DNA from: Nanobdellota archaeon
GTDB lineage: Archaea > Nanobdellota > Nanobdellia > Woesearchaeales > WJKV01
Length of the DNA: 64,000 nt
Assembly (NCBI GenBank): GCA_023133595.1
Contig: JAGLWF010000005.1
Coordinates: 29,640 to 93,639 of the forward strand
Direction: 5' to 3'
Shown here: positions 46,719-56,282 of the stretch, in pieces
How positions within the stretch are numbered: the first letter of the stretch is position 1
Layout of the letters: the number at the start of each line of letters is the position of its first letter
Translations under genes and position numbers: made by a program
The notes under the pieces: generated by a model
Seen by the model: the letters and a program-made list of their open reading frames with translations, nothing else
Told to the model about the DNA's origin: nothing
Databases searched by the model: none

Positions 46719-47735
46719 ATGAAAAAAGCATCGATTGCTCTGATACTCATTACTGTTCTCTTACTTTTCACATTAAGCGGATGTACACCCATAGGTAAAG
46801 CTGGGTGGGCGACTAGGCAGAGTATAGGCAATATTACGCAAGATGTAATAATTCAGCAATGTGTCGATTCAGACGGAAAACAAATCGACCCTTACACTCA
46901 AAATTATGTAACCTATAACAATCAAAGATATTATGATAGATGCATAGCTGGCGGAAGTGGCATAATGGAAGAGGCAACATGCACTAGAAATACATTAGTC
47001 TACCAACAATATCCTTGCGGCAAAGAAGGAAATATATGCTATAATGGCGCTTGTGTAAAACCTGGAGAATGTGCAATACCTCTTGACTGTGGATTAGATG
47101 AACCTGTAGGAATGCCATATTGTCGGGGAAATGATATTGCATTGGATTTCCGTATCTTTGAATGTAATCCGCAAGGAAATATAGCTTTTATAGCTCCAGG
47201 AGCAATATGTACAGATAAAATAACAAGATTAAAACTCCATACCTGTTCAAACAGCACACAATGTGATGGAGGAACATGTCTAACTCCTTGCAAAAGTGAC
47301 AATGATTGCACATCTGGATCAACAGATAAATGCATAAGAGGATTCTGCACAGTAGATAATACATATTATACATATTGTTATGATTCCGACCATACCAAAC
47401 CCAATATAGATTTACTAAATGATTATTCTTTTATGATTCCTTCAACAACAATCAGGATTACACCACCTCAAGAAGGGGCGCCAACAGTTATGTATTTCAA
47501 TGATTTTTGTGATATACTAGTAAGAATTGGGGGAAAAGTGCAACCTGGAGTAGTTAATCCTAATCCTACAGTTGTTGAGGAACACTATTGTCAAAATAAT
47601 CAAGTTAGAATCCATCATACAGTAGAGTGTTCAAATCTTCAACCAATAGGAACATATCAAAGTTGCCAGTTCTATAGAAGCCATCAAACTAATCGATATG
47701 TGGGTTGGCCAGCAAATATAGGTGCTTGTAGTTGA
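46719..47735 (+). CDS. Cys-rich secreted protein / lipoprotein candidate.
   Basis: Signal plus lipobox-like MKKASIALILITVLLLFTLSGC from the internal Met. Many paired Cys. Confidence 0.55.
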   Translation: MKKASIALILITVLLLFTLSGCTPIGKAGWATRQSIGNITQDVIIQQCVDSDGKQIDPYTQNYVTYNNQRYYDRCIAGGSGIMEEATCTRNTLVYQQYPCGKEGNICYNGACVKPGECAIPLDCGLDEPVGMPYCRGNDIALDFRIFECNPQGNIAFIAPGAICTDKITRLKLHTCSNSTQCDGGTCLTPCKSDNDCTSGSTDKCIRGFCTVDNTYYTYCYDSDHTKPNIDLLNDYSFMIPSTTIRITPPQEGAPTVMYFNDFCDILVRIGGKVQPGVVNPNPTVVEEHYCQNNQVRIHHTVECSNLQPIGTYQSCQFYRSHQTNRYVGWPANIGACS

Positions 47736-47818
47736 TCCTTGAGTATTAAAATAACTCAATATCATTCCGAAATCCTTTTATATTGAGTTCCATCCTTCGC
47801 CTTATCGGAGAGGAAATG

Positions 47819-49618
47819 GGGAAGATACAAGAACTGCCAATAGATCTCATCAACAAGATCGCAGCTGGCGAAGTCATTGAACGGCCTGCTTCTGTTGTCA
47901 AAGAATTGATAGAGAACTCTATAGATGCAGGTGCGCAGAATATTATTATTGAAGTGAAAGAAGGCGGCAAGTCTTTTATCCGCATCCAGGATGATGGTTC
48001 TGGCATGTCATCAGAAGATGCAGAGCTCGCAATAAAAAAACATACAACTTCTAAGATAAAAACATCAGGAGATCTGTTTCGTATCTCATCTTTAGGCTTT
48101 CGCGGTGAAGCTTTGGCATCGATCGCAGCAGTTTCCCGCATGGAAATGCTCACAAAAACACAATTAGACACAGAAGGTCTCGAGCTCGAGATTGAAAACG
48201 GGGAGATAAAAAATAAAAAACCAGCTGGAGTGCCGATCGGGACAACAATCAAGATTTATGGTTTATTTTACAACACTCCTGCACGAAAAAAGTATATGAA
48301 AGATATCCCTGTTGAATTCTCGCACATTGCAGATGTTGTGACAAAGTACGCGCTTGCATATCAAGGGATCGGCTTCAGGTTAGTGCACAATGGAAAAGAT
48401 ATTCTTTTTGCACCAAAAACTCCTGATAGATTAGGAAATGTTGTGAACATCTACGGACGCGAGCTTGCAAAAGAGATGATCCCTATCAATAAAGAGACTG
48501 AAAATTTCAAAGTGCGGGGCTTTATCGGCAAACCAACAATAAATCGCGCAGACAAATCAATGATCATCACGTTTATCAATCATCGTTACATCCGGAATCA
48601 AAAAATTAATGCAGCAATTGTGGATGCATATGCAAATCTCCTGAACACAGGACGTTATCCTATTGTAATTCTAAATTTTGAGATTCCAAAAGAAAAGATT
48701 GACGTGAATGTCCATCCAACAAAGATTGAAGTGCGGATCGAGAAAGAAGATATTGTCTGTTTTGAGATAAAGGATGCGATCAAATCAGAATTGGAATCAA
48801 TAAGTCTTGTTCCAAAAGCAGATCCAGCAAAACTAGTGCAATCACAAATACCAAGCTCATTACCACAGACAGATATTAGAAATATTCTACGGAACAAAGA
48901 AGCATTATTAAATCAAATGGAACAGTTTAAGAACAGACCTATCGATGTCGAGCAAAGCACACAGAAACAATTGACACTGAGCGAGAAAGAAGGTATTGTG
49001 ATCACACCGATCACAGTTGAAAATGCGGCGTACAATGTTATTGGTAGAATTCATAAAACATACATCCTAGTTGAAACAATGAATGGCCTGCGCCTGATAG
49101 ACCAGCATGCTGCACACGAACGTATTGTTTACGAAGAAGTTCTTGAAAAATATTCAAAGAATGCTGTGAAAGTCCAGGAATTGCTCCAGCCAGTGCAGCT
49201 GAAACTGAATATTGCAGAGCATGTCCTTGTGAAAAACAACAAAGAGAAGCTGAAAGAGTTCGGATTCACACTGGATGAGATCAGTGGAAATACTCTGGTC
49301 CTGCGGACAGCACCTTCAATCCTGGGAAAGCAGCAGAGTCCAGAACTGTTCATGGACCTGGTTGCAGAACTGAAAAAGGAGAAGGATAAGAAGATTTCAA
49401 CTATCACAGAAGATATTCTTGCCCGGGTCGCGTGCAGAAGAGCTGTAAAAGCCGGAGACATCCTGGAAAAAGTAGAGATGTCAACTCTTGTAAAGCAGTT
49501 GATGCAGTGCAAACAACCTCATTCATGCCCGCATGGCAGACCGACAATGATAGATTTCACAATCCGTGACCTTGAGAAAAGTTTCAACAGGATTCGTGGA
49601 TTTGAAACTAATGCCTAA
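47819..49618 (+). CDS. mutL: DNA mismatch repair protein MutL, endonuclease-proficient type.
   Basis: GHKL ATPase N-terminus LPIDLINKIAAGEVIERPASVVKELIENSIDAG. C-terminal DQHAAHERIVYEE (DQHA(X)2E(X)4E) and CPHGRP motifs. Confidence 0.9.
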   Translation, partial: GKIQELPIDLINKIAAGEVIERPASVVKELIENSIDAGAQNIIIEVKEGGKSFIRIQDDGSGMSSEDAELAIKKHTTSKIKTSGDLFRISSLGFRGEALASIAAVSRMEMLTKTQLDTEGLELEIENGEIKNKKPAGVPIGTTIKIYGLFYNTPARKKYMKDIPVEFSHIADVVTKYALAYQGIGFRLVHNGKDILFAPKTPDRLGNVVNIYGRELAKEMIPINKETENFKVRGFIGKPTINRADKSMIITFINHRYIRNQKINAAIVDAYANLLNTGRYPIVILNFEIPKEKIDVNVHPTKIEVRIEKEDIVCFEIKDAIKSELESISLVPKADPAKLVQSQIPSSLPQTDIRNILRNKEALLNQMEQFKNRPIDVEQSTQKQLTLSEKEGIVITPITVENAAYNVIGRIHKTYILVETMNGLRLIDQHAAHERIVYEEVLEKYSKNAVKVQELLQPVQLKLNIAEHVLVKNNKEKLKEFGFTLDEISGNTLVLRTAPSILGKQQSPELFMDLVAELKKEKDKKISTITEDILARVACRRAVKAGDILEKVEMSTLVKQLMQCKQPHSCPHGRPTMIDFTIRDLEKSFNRIRGFETNA

Positions 49619-49621
49619 TTC

Positions 49622-49723
49622 TAGCCATTGCTGCCAAGTGTAGCCTTCTGATTTTTGTATACGAGATACATAGACTCGGTTTCTAAAACAAATGATCATA
49701 CTAGTGAAACGCAGCAATGGCTA
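49622..49723. repeat. 13-bp perfect inverted repeat (TAGCCATTGCTGC ... GCAGCAATGGCTA) with a 76-nt spacer, starting 3 nt after the mutL stop.
   Basis: Seen in sequence. It could form a long stem-loop. Confidence 0.6.
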
Positions 49724-49911
49724 AAAACAGTTAGAATTCTAAAAAAATAAAAGAAAAAAGGGGAAATCTAACGAGAATCAAAGATTCTCGGAGATGCCAA
49801 TAACGAAGTTATTGAGCATCAACTATCACCTCTTTTTCCCCACTGGAATATAAAGGGGATCTAAGTCCCCTCATCCCAAACCTTCAAAACCTTTTATGGC
49901 AAGCAGTTGAA

Positions 49912-49942
49912 TATAAAAAAATCCCTCTGATTATTCAGAGGG
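49912..49942 (-). terminator. Hairpin (CCCTCTGA-TTAT-TCAGAGGG) followed by U7 on the minus-strand transcript. Terminator candidate for ftsZ.
   Basis: Seen in sequence about 75 nt downstream of the ftsZ stop. Confidence 0.45.
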
Positions 49943-50018
49943 ACCAAAAGTGCCTTCTTAACCTAATATTGGGGGTATTGGGTAGAAAAAGGAAGGCATT
50001 TTAGCGTGCTTACCTAAT

Positions 50019-51089
50019 CTACAGCATTTCAATTCCCAGTTCTTCGCCAAATCTCTGATTTTCTTTGGCTTTTTGCTGGGAAGTTACTTTACCGAGTACC
50101 CAAGGCGAAGTTACTCCTGTAATGATAGTCATTACAGTCAACTTGCCCTTCATGTCATTCGTGACCCTGGCTCCCCAGATTACATTTGCATCTGGATCTA
50201 AACTTTCTGTGACCATCTCACCTACTTTTGTAATTTCTTCCAAAGTCATGTCCGGTCCACCATGTACGTGGATCAATGCTCCTGTTGCACCTTCGTAATT
50301 AATATCCAATAATGGATTTGAAAGTGCGCCCTGTACAGCTTCCACAACTTTGTTGTTGGTATCGGATGCACCAACTCCAATTACAGCTACACCACCATTT
50401 GTCATGATAGCCTTTACATCTGCATAGTCTAGATTAACTAGAGATGGTACCGCAATTGTTTCTACGATTCCTTTGATCATTGTTGAGATCAGTTCGTTTG
50501 CTACTGCAAATGCCTGTGCAATTGGCAGATTTCCTGCAATGGAAACTAGCCTGTTGTTGTCAATTACAATAACAGTATCAGAATTTTGTCTCAACATCTG
50601 CAATCCAAATTCAGCTTTGTCAATTCTCGCCCTTTCAATATCAAAAGGCATTGTGACTGTGCCGATTACAATAGAACCAACAGATTTTGCTACTTGCGCA
50701 ACTACTGGTGCAACACCTGTGCCTGTTCCACCACCTTCACCTGCACATACGAAAACCATGTCGGATGCTTTTAGTGCTTCCTTAAGCTCTTGGATGCTTT
50801 CTTTAGCAGCTTCAGCTCCTTTTATAGGATCTCCGCCTGCTCCAAGACCGCGTGTTACTTCCTCACCAAGTAATATCTTACGGTCAGCTTCAGTTACACT
50901 CAAGTGCTGCTGGTCTGTATTAACAGCAATGATCTCTGCGCCCTTTACTCCTTTCTTGAAGAGCCAGTCAACCATATTATTCCCTGCTCCACCACAGCCA
51001 ATAACTTTGATATTAGCTTGGCCAACATCAAAAGAAGATGTTTCTTTTTTCTCTAGATGTTCTAATGCGTTTTCAACAATAAAGTCCAT
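50019..51089 (-). CDS. ftsZ: Cell division GTPase FtsZ.
   Basis: VIGCGGAGNN, tubulin signature GGGTGTG, and the T7-loop region. Confidence 0.9.
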   Translation of the reverse strand: MDFIVENALEHLEKKETSSFDVGQANIKVIGCGGAGNNMVDWLFKKGVKGAEIIAVNTDQQHLSVTEADRKILLGEEVTRGLGAGGDPIKGAEAAKESIQELKEALKASDMVFVCAGEGGGTGTGVAPVVAQVAKSVGSIVIGTVTMPFDIERARIDKAEFGLQMLRQNSDTVIVIDNNRLVSIAGNLPIAQAFAVANELISTMIKGIVETIAVPSLVNLDYADVKAIMTNGGVAVIGVGASDTNNKVVEAVQGALSNPLLDINYEGATGALIHVHGGPDMTLEEITKVGEMVTESLDPDANVIWGARVTNDMKGKLTVMTIITGVTSPWVLGKVTSQQKAKENQRFGEELGIEML

Positions 51090-51311
51090 TTTTTCTCCCC
51101 CTTTTTGTTGTTTTTTCTGTAAAGTATAACCACTAGTTCGAAAGATTTAAATATGAGTTAAGCTATACCTTTCTTTAGAATTCAGTTGTTCGCCAAAACA
51201 ACGCGTTTGATTCGCCAAAGTCAAACGGAATTTTTACAGTTCAAAAAACATCTAATCTAAAGTATCACTAGCAGGTTCTCTTATTTAAGCATTTCTAGAA
51301 TTAAAAATATA

Positions 51312-51842
51312 TTATTTAGAATATAGTTCAGTTTTCTTGCCAGAATAGAGCCCCATTGAAGTCATCTTCCTATATTGCGTACTATCTAAGCAAACAAAGC
51401 TTATTTCAAACTGTTTTTCTCTTTTTATTGCTTCAATTATAGGTTCTATTTCTATCTGGGCCGATTTATCCCCAATTATCAATAAATTAGCCTTATCAGC
51501 CTTTATTTCGCCATGCTGGATGATTGTATCGATTTTTGTATTTCGCTTGATTTGGCTCACAAACAGGTCTATTACATTTTCTTTGCTTACAAAGATGGAT
51601 CCGAGAAAACGCGTATTTGAGTTGCTAGAGAGTCTGTAAAGCCGGAATTTACTCATCTTAATCTCATCCACCAGTTTTAGCTTGACTAATCTCTTTAGAA
51701 TTCGGAATGTAGAAGCAGGCGGAACACCAGATACCTTGGCTAATTCTCTTAGGTAGAATTCTTTATTGTTGTTGGTTAATGTAAGGTAGATCTTTACAAT
51801 CTTATCATCAATCAAGCTTGCTAAGATCTCTGATTTCTCCAT
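51312..51842 (-). CDS. Winged-helix (HTH) transcriptional regulator.
   Basis: N-terminal HTH LRELAKVSGVPPASTFRILKRLVKLKLV. Confidence 0.5.
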   Translation of the reverse strand: MEKSEILASLIDDKIVKIYLTLTNNNKEFYLRELAKVSGVPPASTFRILKRLVKLKLVDEIKMSKFRLYRLSSNSNTRFLGSIFVSKENVIDLFVSQIKRNTKIDTIIQHGEIKADKANLLIIGDKSAQIEIEPIIEAIKREKQFEISFVCLDSTQYRKMTSMGLYSGKKTELYSK

Positions 51843-51952
51843 TATTAGTTTTTGGTAAGACCAGCTTGTATTTAATCGTTTCGTTTTTGAAACACTGTTC
51901 CGTGAGAGAGACAGTGTTCCAATTTTGATATACTTGTCTTTAAAAGCTAGAT

Positions 51953-53866
51953 TTATTCAGAATCAGGTTTCTCTTCTGGCTTCTTCTTTACTATACGAAC
52001 CACTCTCAACTTTCTGATCGGCTGGCCAGTTACCTGCTGGATACCAAGATTTTTCATCTGTTCCTGGTCTGGACTATCAAAATATTGGCTGGAAAATTTC
52101 AGATAAGCGCCAGCATATTCCGGAAATTTTTCAGGAGCATCCTTTCTTGCATCCTGTGCTTTTTCATAAATCTGGGTTTGGATCTCTTCAAACTTTGCTG
52201 GTCCGCATTCTTCTGGAAATGTTTTGCACAGAGCTGCATACCACTCTGCATATGCCATCATCCTACTAAGATCTTCTTGTTGAAGTGCATTTTCAACTTG
52301 AGTGTATAGCTCATCGCGTTTTTCGATTATCTTTGGAACATCAATCTTGTGCCTTTTTGCTTCAGATTTAGCAATCTCTTCAATATCTGCTGGCTTAAAA
52401 TCCTCTGGGACATACAGAATGAATCTATCATATTCATTCTTATAAATATCAATTAATCCAGGAATGTTTCTGAAATCTAGATCCTGGAATCTTCTTTGCA
52501 TATCATCTCTAAATCCATCAAGATGTCCAACAATATTCTCTCTATACCTCTGATCAATATCTTTTGTTAGATCTAACTTAACATTTACATCTGGGAAGTA
52601 TTCACCCCATTTCTCATACAATATCTTGTTGTTCTCTAGCAACTCATCCACAGTTTTATCTTTACAAGCTTCTGCAGCTTCCATAATTTTAATTCTAGTA
52701 GCTTCCAATACCTCCTTTAGCAATCGTTCTGACTGCCTTAGGAATCGTTCGTAGTGTGTATATAGTCTGCTTGGGCTCAGTTGCGCTTTTTGAGCTGCAA
52801 GCTCTATTGTTTCAGAGATATTTGTCAAAAGGGTTGTCAATGTTTTTGGTCCAGGCAATTCTTTGATCTGGAATGGATCCATATCATTGATCATCTCATC
52901 TATAGCATTCTCATAGAACTGCCGGTCTGGATTGAACAGGACAAGCTCTTCAAATCTATCATTTGGATCCCCTCTTGCATTTTGAGCATAATCATCATTT
53001 ATCAGAACTGCACATTCTTCTAATAAGAAAAGCATTCTTCGCAATGCAGTTGGTCTTCCACCCAAAGAAGGTTTGTTCACTTCTACCTTTCTTGCCTCTC
53101 TTAGAACTTTTGCTTCATATCCACGAATCTCTTTCTCACGCAAATTCTTCAACTGATCTATATATTGCTCCTTATCTTTTGGATTTTCTGAATCTCTCAG
53201 ATCCCGGATTAAATAATTTATTCTATCAGCAAAAATATGGAATTGGCTCACTCCAAATGGAAATTCACGTATCAGGGTTGCTTTATTCATCTCATATGGT
53301 TCAATCTTACCTTTGCTTATTGCTTTGTCTAATTCTCTAAACAAGAATTCAGCCAATCTTTTGTTAGTAATCTTTCTTATAATGTGATCATCAGGATTTA
53401 CAGTCACTCCTTCCTTTTGCAATGCTTGAAAATCTGATTGGACTTCTTTTACAAAAAAATTAAGCATAAATCTGTATTTGCAGTTGAAAGTCTTAGGATA
53501 GAACCCTAATTTTCTTGCAAGCCTGCCATCAAGAGTGACAGGAGATTCATAATCCATATTAAAGATATTTCTTCTATGCATCAGGTATGTGATCCAGGCT
53601 TCTGTTTCAATTTTTTCTCTCCATTCAGGTGAGAATCGTTCTTCTAACGCAGGCTTCACATCTCTCCAGGCGCCTTCAAAAGTCTGATCAATGGTTTTCA
53701 ATGCGTCAAGCATCTCTTTTCTAGCAGCTCCATTTTTTCTATGTGCAGATCCTTCAAGAATATCAGATTGGGCTTCTATTGTTTTGCTAGCTCTATCTAG
53801 CCTATTATCATATCGTATTAATAATTTGTATAAGCCCATATTGCGCCTCTTATAGGAATCTACCAT
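51953..53866 (-). CDS. Hypothetical all-alpha cytoplasmic protein (637 aa).
   Basis: ORF track. No recognisable catalytic motifs. Confidence 0.5.
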   Translation of the reverse strand: MVDSYKRRNMGLYKLLIRYDNRLDRASKTIEAQSDILEGSAHRKNGAARKEMLDALKTIDQTFEGAWRDVKPALEERFSPEWREKIETEAWITYLMHRRNIFNMDYESPVTLDGRLARKLGFYPKTFNCKYRFMLNFFVKEVQSDFQALQKEGVTVNPDDHIIRKITNKRLAEFLFRELDKAISKGKIEPYEMNKATLIREFPFGVSQFHIFADRINYLIRDLRDSENPKDKEQYIDQLKNLREKEIRGYEAKVLREARKVEVNKPSLGGRPTALRRMLFLLEECAVLINDDYAQNARGDPNDRFEELVLFNPDRQFYENAIDEMINDMDPFQIKELPGPKTLTTLLTNISETIELAAQKAQLSPSRLYTHYERFLRQSERLLKEVLEATRIKIMEAAEACKDKTVDELLENNKILYEKWGEYFPDVNVKLDLTKDIDQRYRENIVGHLDGFRDDMQRRFQDLDFRNIPGLIDIYKNEYDRFILYVPEDFKPADIEEIAKSEAKRHKIDVPKIIEKRDELYTQVENALQQEDLSRMMAYAEWYAALCKTFPEECGPAKFEEIQTQIYEKAQDARKDAPEKFPEYAGAYLKFSSQYFDSPDQEQMKNLGIQQVTGQPIRKLRVVRIVKKKPEEKPDSE

Positions 53867-53898
53867 ATATGGCCCTTTATAAAGTTTACGTTCACTTA

Positions 53899-54777
53899 CT
53901 ACTTGTTAGAGACAATGATCTCTTCATATTTGGCCCTGCCATCCACTTTATAATAATAGAATATGCCTGCTGAGCCATCCTGGCTAGCTCCTGGATTAAA
54001 GAACAAGCTGGATGTGACCTGCCTTGGCATTACTTCTGCATCTTTCTGATCCACTGCTCCAGCAGATTCATGGATATGGCCAAAGACTGCAAATTTTATA
54101 TCTGAATCTTGCATCACTTCTAAAAGATGTTCAGAACCAACATGTTTTCCAGATTCCAAGACATCAATACCATGATCACCAGAACCCAATGGTGGGCAAT
54201 GTCCAATCAATAGAATGTCATCATCCAATCTTTGCGAAAGAACAAACAATTCATCTGCATCTGCAATAAAACCATCTTCTGGAGTCACTTTTTCATCAAC
54301 ACAACCAGGTAAAGATAAGATATCAATATCTTTTCTGTCCAATGTTCGAATTTTTGTCATGTCAAACAATTTGTCGTAATTTTTTATCTTATCTAGAAAA
54401 TCATCATCTTTTAATCTTGCCATTGCCTTGTTCCACGCTTCTTTTGTCTCATGATTCCCAGGAATCACATAAGTCGGATAACCGCGCATCAAAGTTCGTT
54501 TCAAGACCATGTAAATTTCTTCATCATCTTCAACTTTATCTGGTCTTCCATAACTATGCTGTTCATTCAATGATAGGTCTCCAGCAATGATAATTGCATC
54601 AACTTCTTTTTCCTCGAATCGATCTAATATTTTTCCCAGATTATCATAATCACCATCTGCATGGATATCTGCAATAATGCCAAAAGTTGTTGGTTTGCTC
54701 GGATCTGGAAAACCTTGAGGACTTCCACAGCCTATAATAAAAAAAGATATCAACAGTACAAGAATTAATTTTTTCAT
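53899..54777 (-). CDS. Secreted / lipoprotein calcineurin-like metallophosphoesterase.
   Basis: Lipobox-like IIGCGS. Motifs GIIADIHAD, GDLSLNE, PGNHET, GHIHE. Confidence 0.7.
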   Translation of the reverse strand: MKKLILVLLISFFIIGCGSPQGFPDPSKPTTFGIIADIHADGDYDNLGKILDRFEEKEVDAIIIAGDLSLNEQHSYGRPDKVEDDEEIYMVLKRTLMRGYPTYVIPGNHETKEAWNKAMARLKDDDFLDKIKNYDKLFDMTKIRTLDRKDIDILSLPGCVDEKVTPEDGFIADADELFVLSQRLDDDILLIGHCPPLGSGDHGIDVLESGKHVGSEHLLEVMQDSDIKFAVFGHIHESAGAVDQKDAEVMPRQVTSSLFFNPGASQDGSAGIFYYYKVDGRAKYEEIIVSNK

Positions 54778-55491
54778 TTAACCTCCTCCAAGATAGAGCT
54801 TTGCAACATCCTTGTTTCTCAGCATATCTTTTCCTTTACCGTGCATCTTATTTTTTCCTAATTCGAGAACATACGCACGATCAGAAATATTCAATGACAT
54901 CTTTGCGTTCTGCTCAACAATAACCATTGCAACCCCATCTTTATTGACTTCAATTAATTTTTCAAAAATCAAAGCTTTCATCTGCGGAGATAGACCTAAA
55001 GAAGGTTCGTCAAGCAAAAGAAGTTTAGGTTTTAACATTAAAGCTCGACCGATCGCAACCATCTGCTGCTCACCACCTGATAACAGGCCCGCTTTTTGAT
55101 CTTTTCTTTCTTTTAATCCAGGAAATTTTTTGTAAACAGATTCGATATCCTCAGAGAGATCATCTTTTCGTATGAAACCCCCCATCTCTAGGTTTTCTTG
55201 TACAGTTAGGTTAGGAAAAACAGATCTTCCTTGAGGTACATATGTGATTCCCAGCTTTGTGAGGTTCTCAGGCTTACTTTTTATTATATTTTTTCCGTCG
55301 AAAAATATTTTTCCTTTTCTTTTTTCTATCAATCCAAAGATATTCTTCAATATTGTGGATTTTCCAGCACCATTCGGACCGATTATAGAGACTATTTCAC
55401 CTTTATCAATATGCATCTTCACTTCATGAAGCACTTGCATCTGCCCATACCAGGAATCAAGGTCTTTTATTGTCAATAGATGTTTCGTCAT
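54778..55491 (-). CDS. livF: Branched-chain amino acid ABC transporter ATP-binding protein LivF.
   Basis: Walker A GPNGAGKST, signature LSGGEQQ, Walker B LLLLDEPS. Confidence 0.85.
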   Translation of the reverse strand: MTKHLLTIKDLDSWYGQMQVLHEVKMHIDKGEIVSIIGPNGAGKSTILKNIFGLIEKRKGKIFFDGKNIIKSKPENLTKLGITYVPQGRSVFPNLTVQENLEMGGFIRKDDLSEDIESVYKKFPGLKERKDQKAGLLSGGEQQMVAIGRALMLKPKLLLLDEPSLGLSPQMKALIFEKLIEVNKDGVAMVIVEQNAKMSLNISDRAYVLELGKNKMHGKGKDMLRNKDVAKLYLGGG

Positions 55492-55505
55492 TTTTATTTT
55501 TTTCC

Positions 55506-56282
55506 TTATTTTTTCTTCCTCCTCTTTATCTTTATCACTTTCCCAAGATATGCATCTAAAACACGCTTATTCTTCTGTATCTTTTTCGGAGGCCCTTCTG
55601 CAATCTCCTCTCCACCATCCATAACAACAACTTTGTCAGCAATCTTCATGACAAAATCCATATTATGCTCGACAAACAGAATAGTTTTTCCTTTTTTCTT
55701 CAATTCTTTCAGAAGATTAGTGATCTTTTTCAGCATAGTTGGATTCACACCAGAAGCAGGCTCGTCTAGCAGCAAAAGTTCTGGTTCGCTCGCAAGTGCT
55801 TTTGCCATCTCCAACAATTTTTGCTGGCCATAACTCAAATTTCCAGCCAATGCATTCTTTTTACCTTCAAGATCCACAAACTTCAACAATTCAAGAGCAT
55901 CATTCACCATCTTTGCTTCGTGCAATTTTTTCTGTTTTAATGGAAGCATCGACAGCCAAAAATTTTCATATACATTCTGCATTGAAAGCATCATATTCTC
56001 TAATACAGTCATCTTTGGAAACAGACGGATTATCTGAAAAGTTCTTGAAACTCCTTCTTTGCTTATTCGATATGGGGCCATTCCAGTTATATCTTTGTTG
56101 TACAACAAAACTTTTCCTTTATCAGGCTCGATGAAACCAGTGATGAGATTGAATACAGTGGTTTTTCCAGCACCATTAGGTCCGATCAATGCAACAATTG
56201 CTCCTTTCTCTACTTCAAAACTGCATCCATCAACAGCTTTCACACCACCAAAGTGTTTATAGAGCTTCTTTACTTTTAGCAT
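55506..56282 (-). CDS. livG: Branched-chain amino acid ABC transporter ATP-binding protein LivG.
   Basis: GPNGAGKTT, LSYGQQK, LLLLDEP. Start at the Met giving MLKVKKLYKHFGG. Confidence 0.85.
   Translation of the reverse strand: MLKVKKLYKHFGGVKAVDGCSFEVEKGAIVALIGPNGAGKTTVFNLITGFIEPDKGKVLLYNKDITGMAPYRISKEGVSRTFQIIRLFPKMTVLENMMLSMQNVYENFWLSMLPLKQKKLHEAKMVNDALELLKFVDLEGKKNALAGNLSYGQQKLLEMAKALASEPELLLLDEPASGVNPTMLKKITNLLKELKKKGKTILFVEHNMDFVMKIADKVVVMDGGEEIAEGPPKKIQKNKRVLDAYLGKVIKIKRRKKK

Noticed and set aside
49691-49700. Possible C/D-box sRNA signals (ATGATCA, CTGA) in the mutL-ftsZ gap.
   Set aside because: The C box is imperfect (UGAUCA, not UGAUGA) and there is no C'/D' arrangement or terminal stem.
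50473-51129. 218-aa plus-strand ORF opposite ftsZ.
   Set aside because: Antisense to a highly conserved ftsZ gene. Ala/Ser/Pro-rich artefact.
51885-51920. 8-bp hairpin (AACACTGT...ACAGTGTT) between two minus-strand genes.
   Set aside because: Probably a simple terminator or operator. No supporting repeat copies elsewhere in the window.
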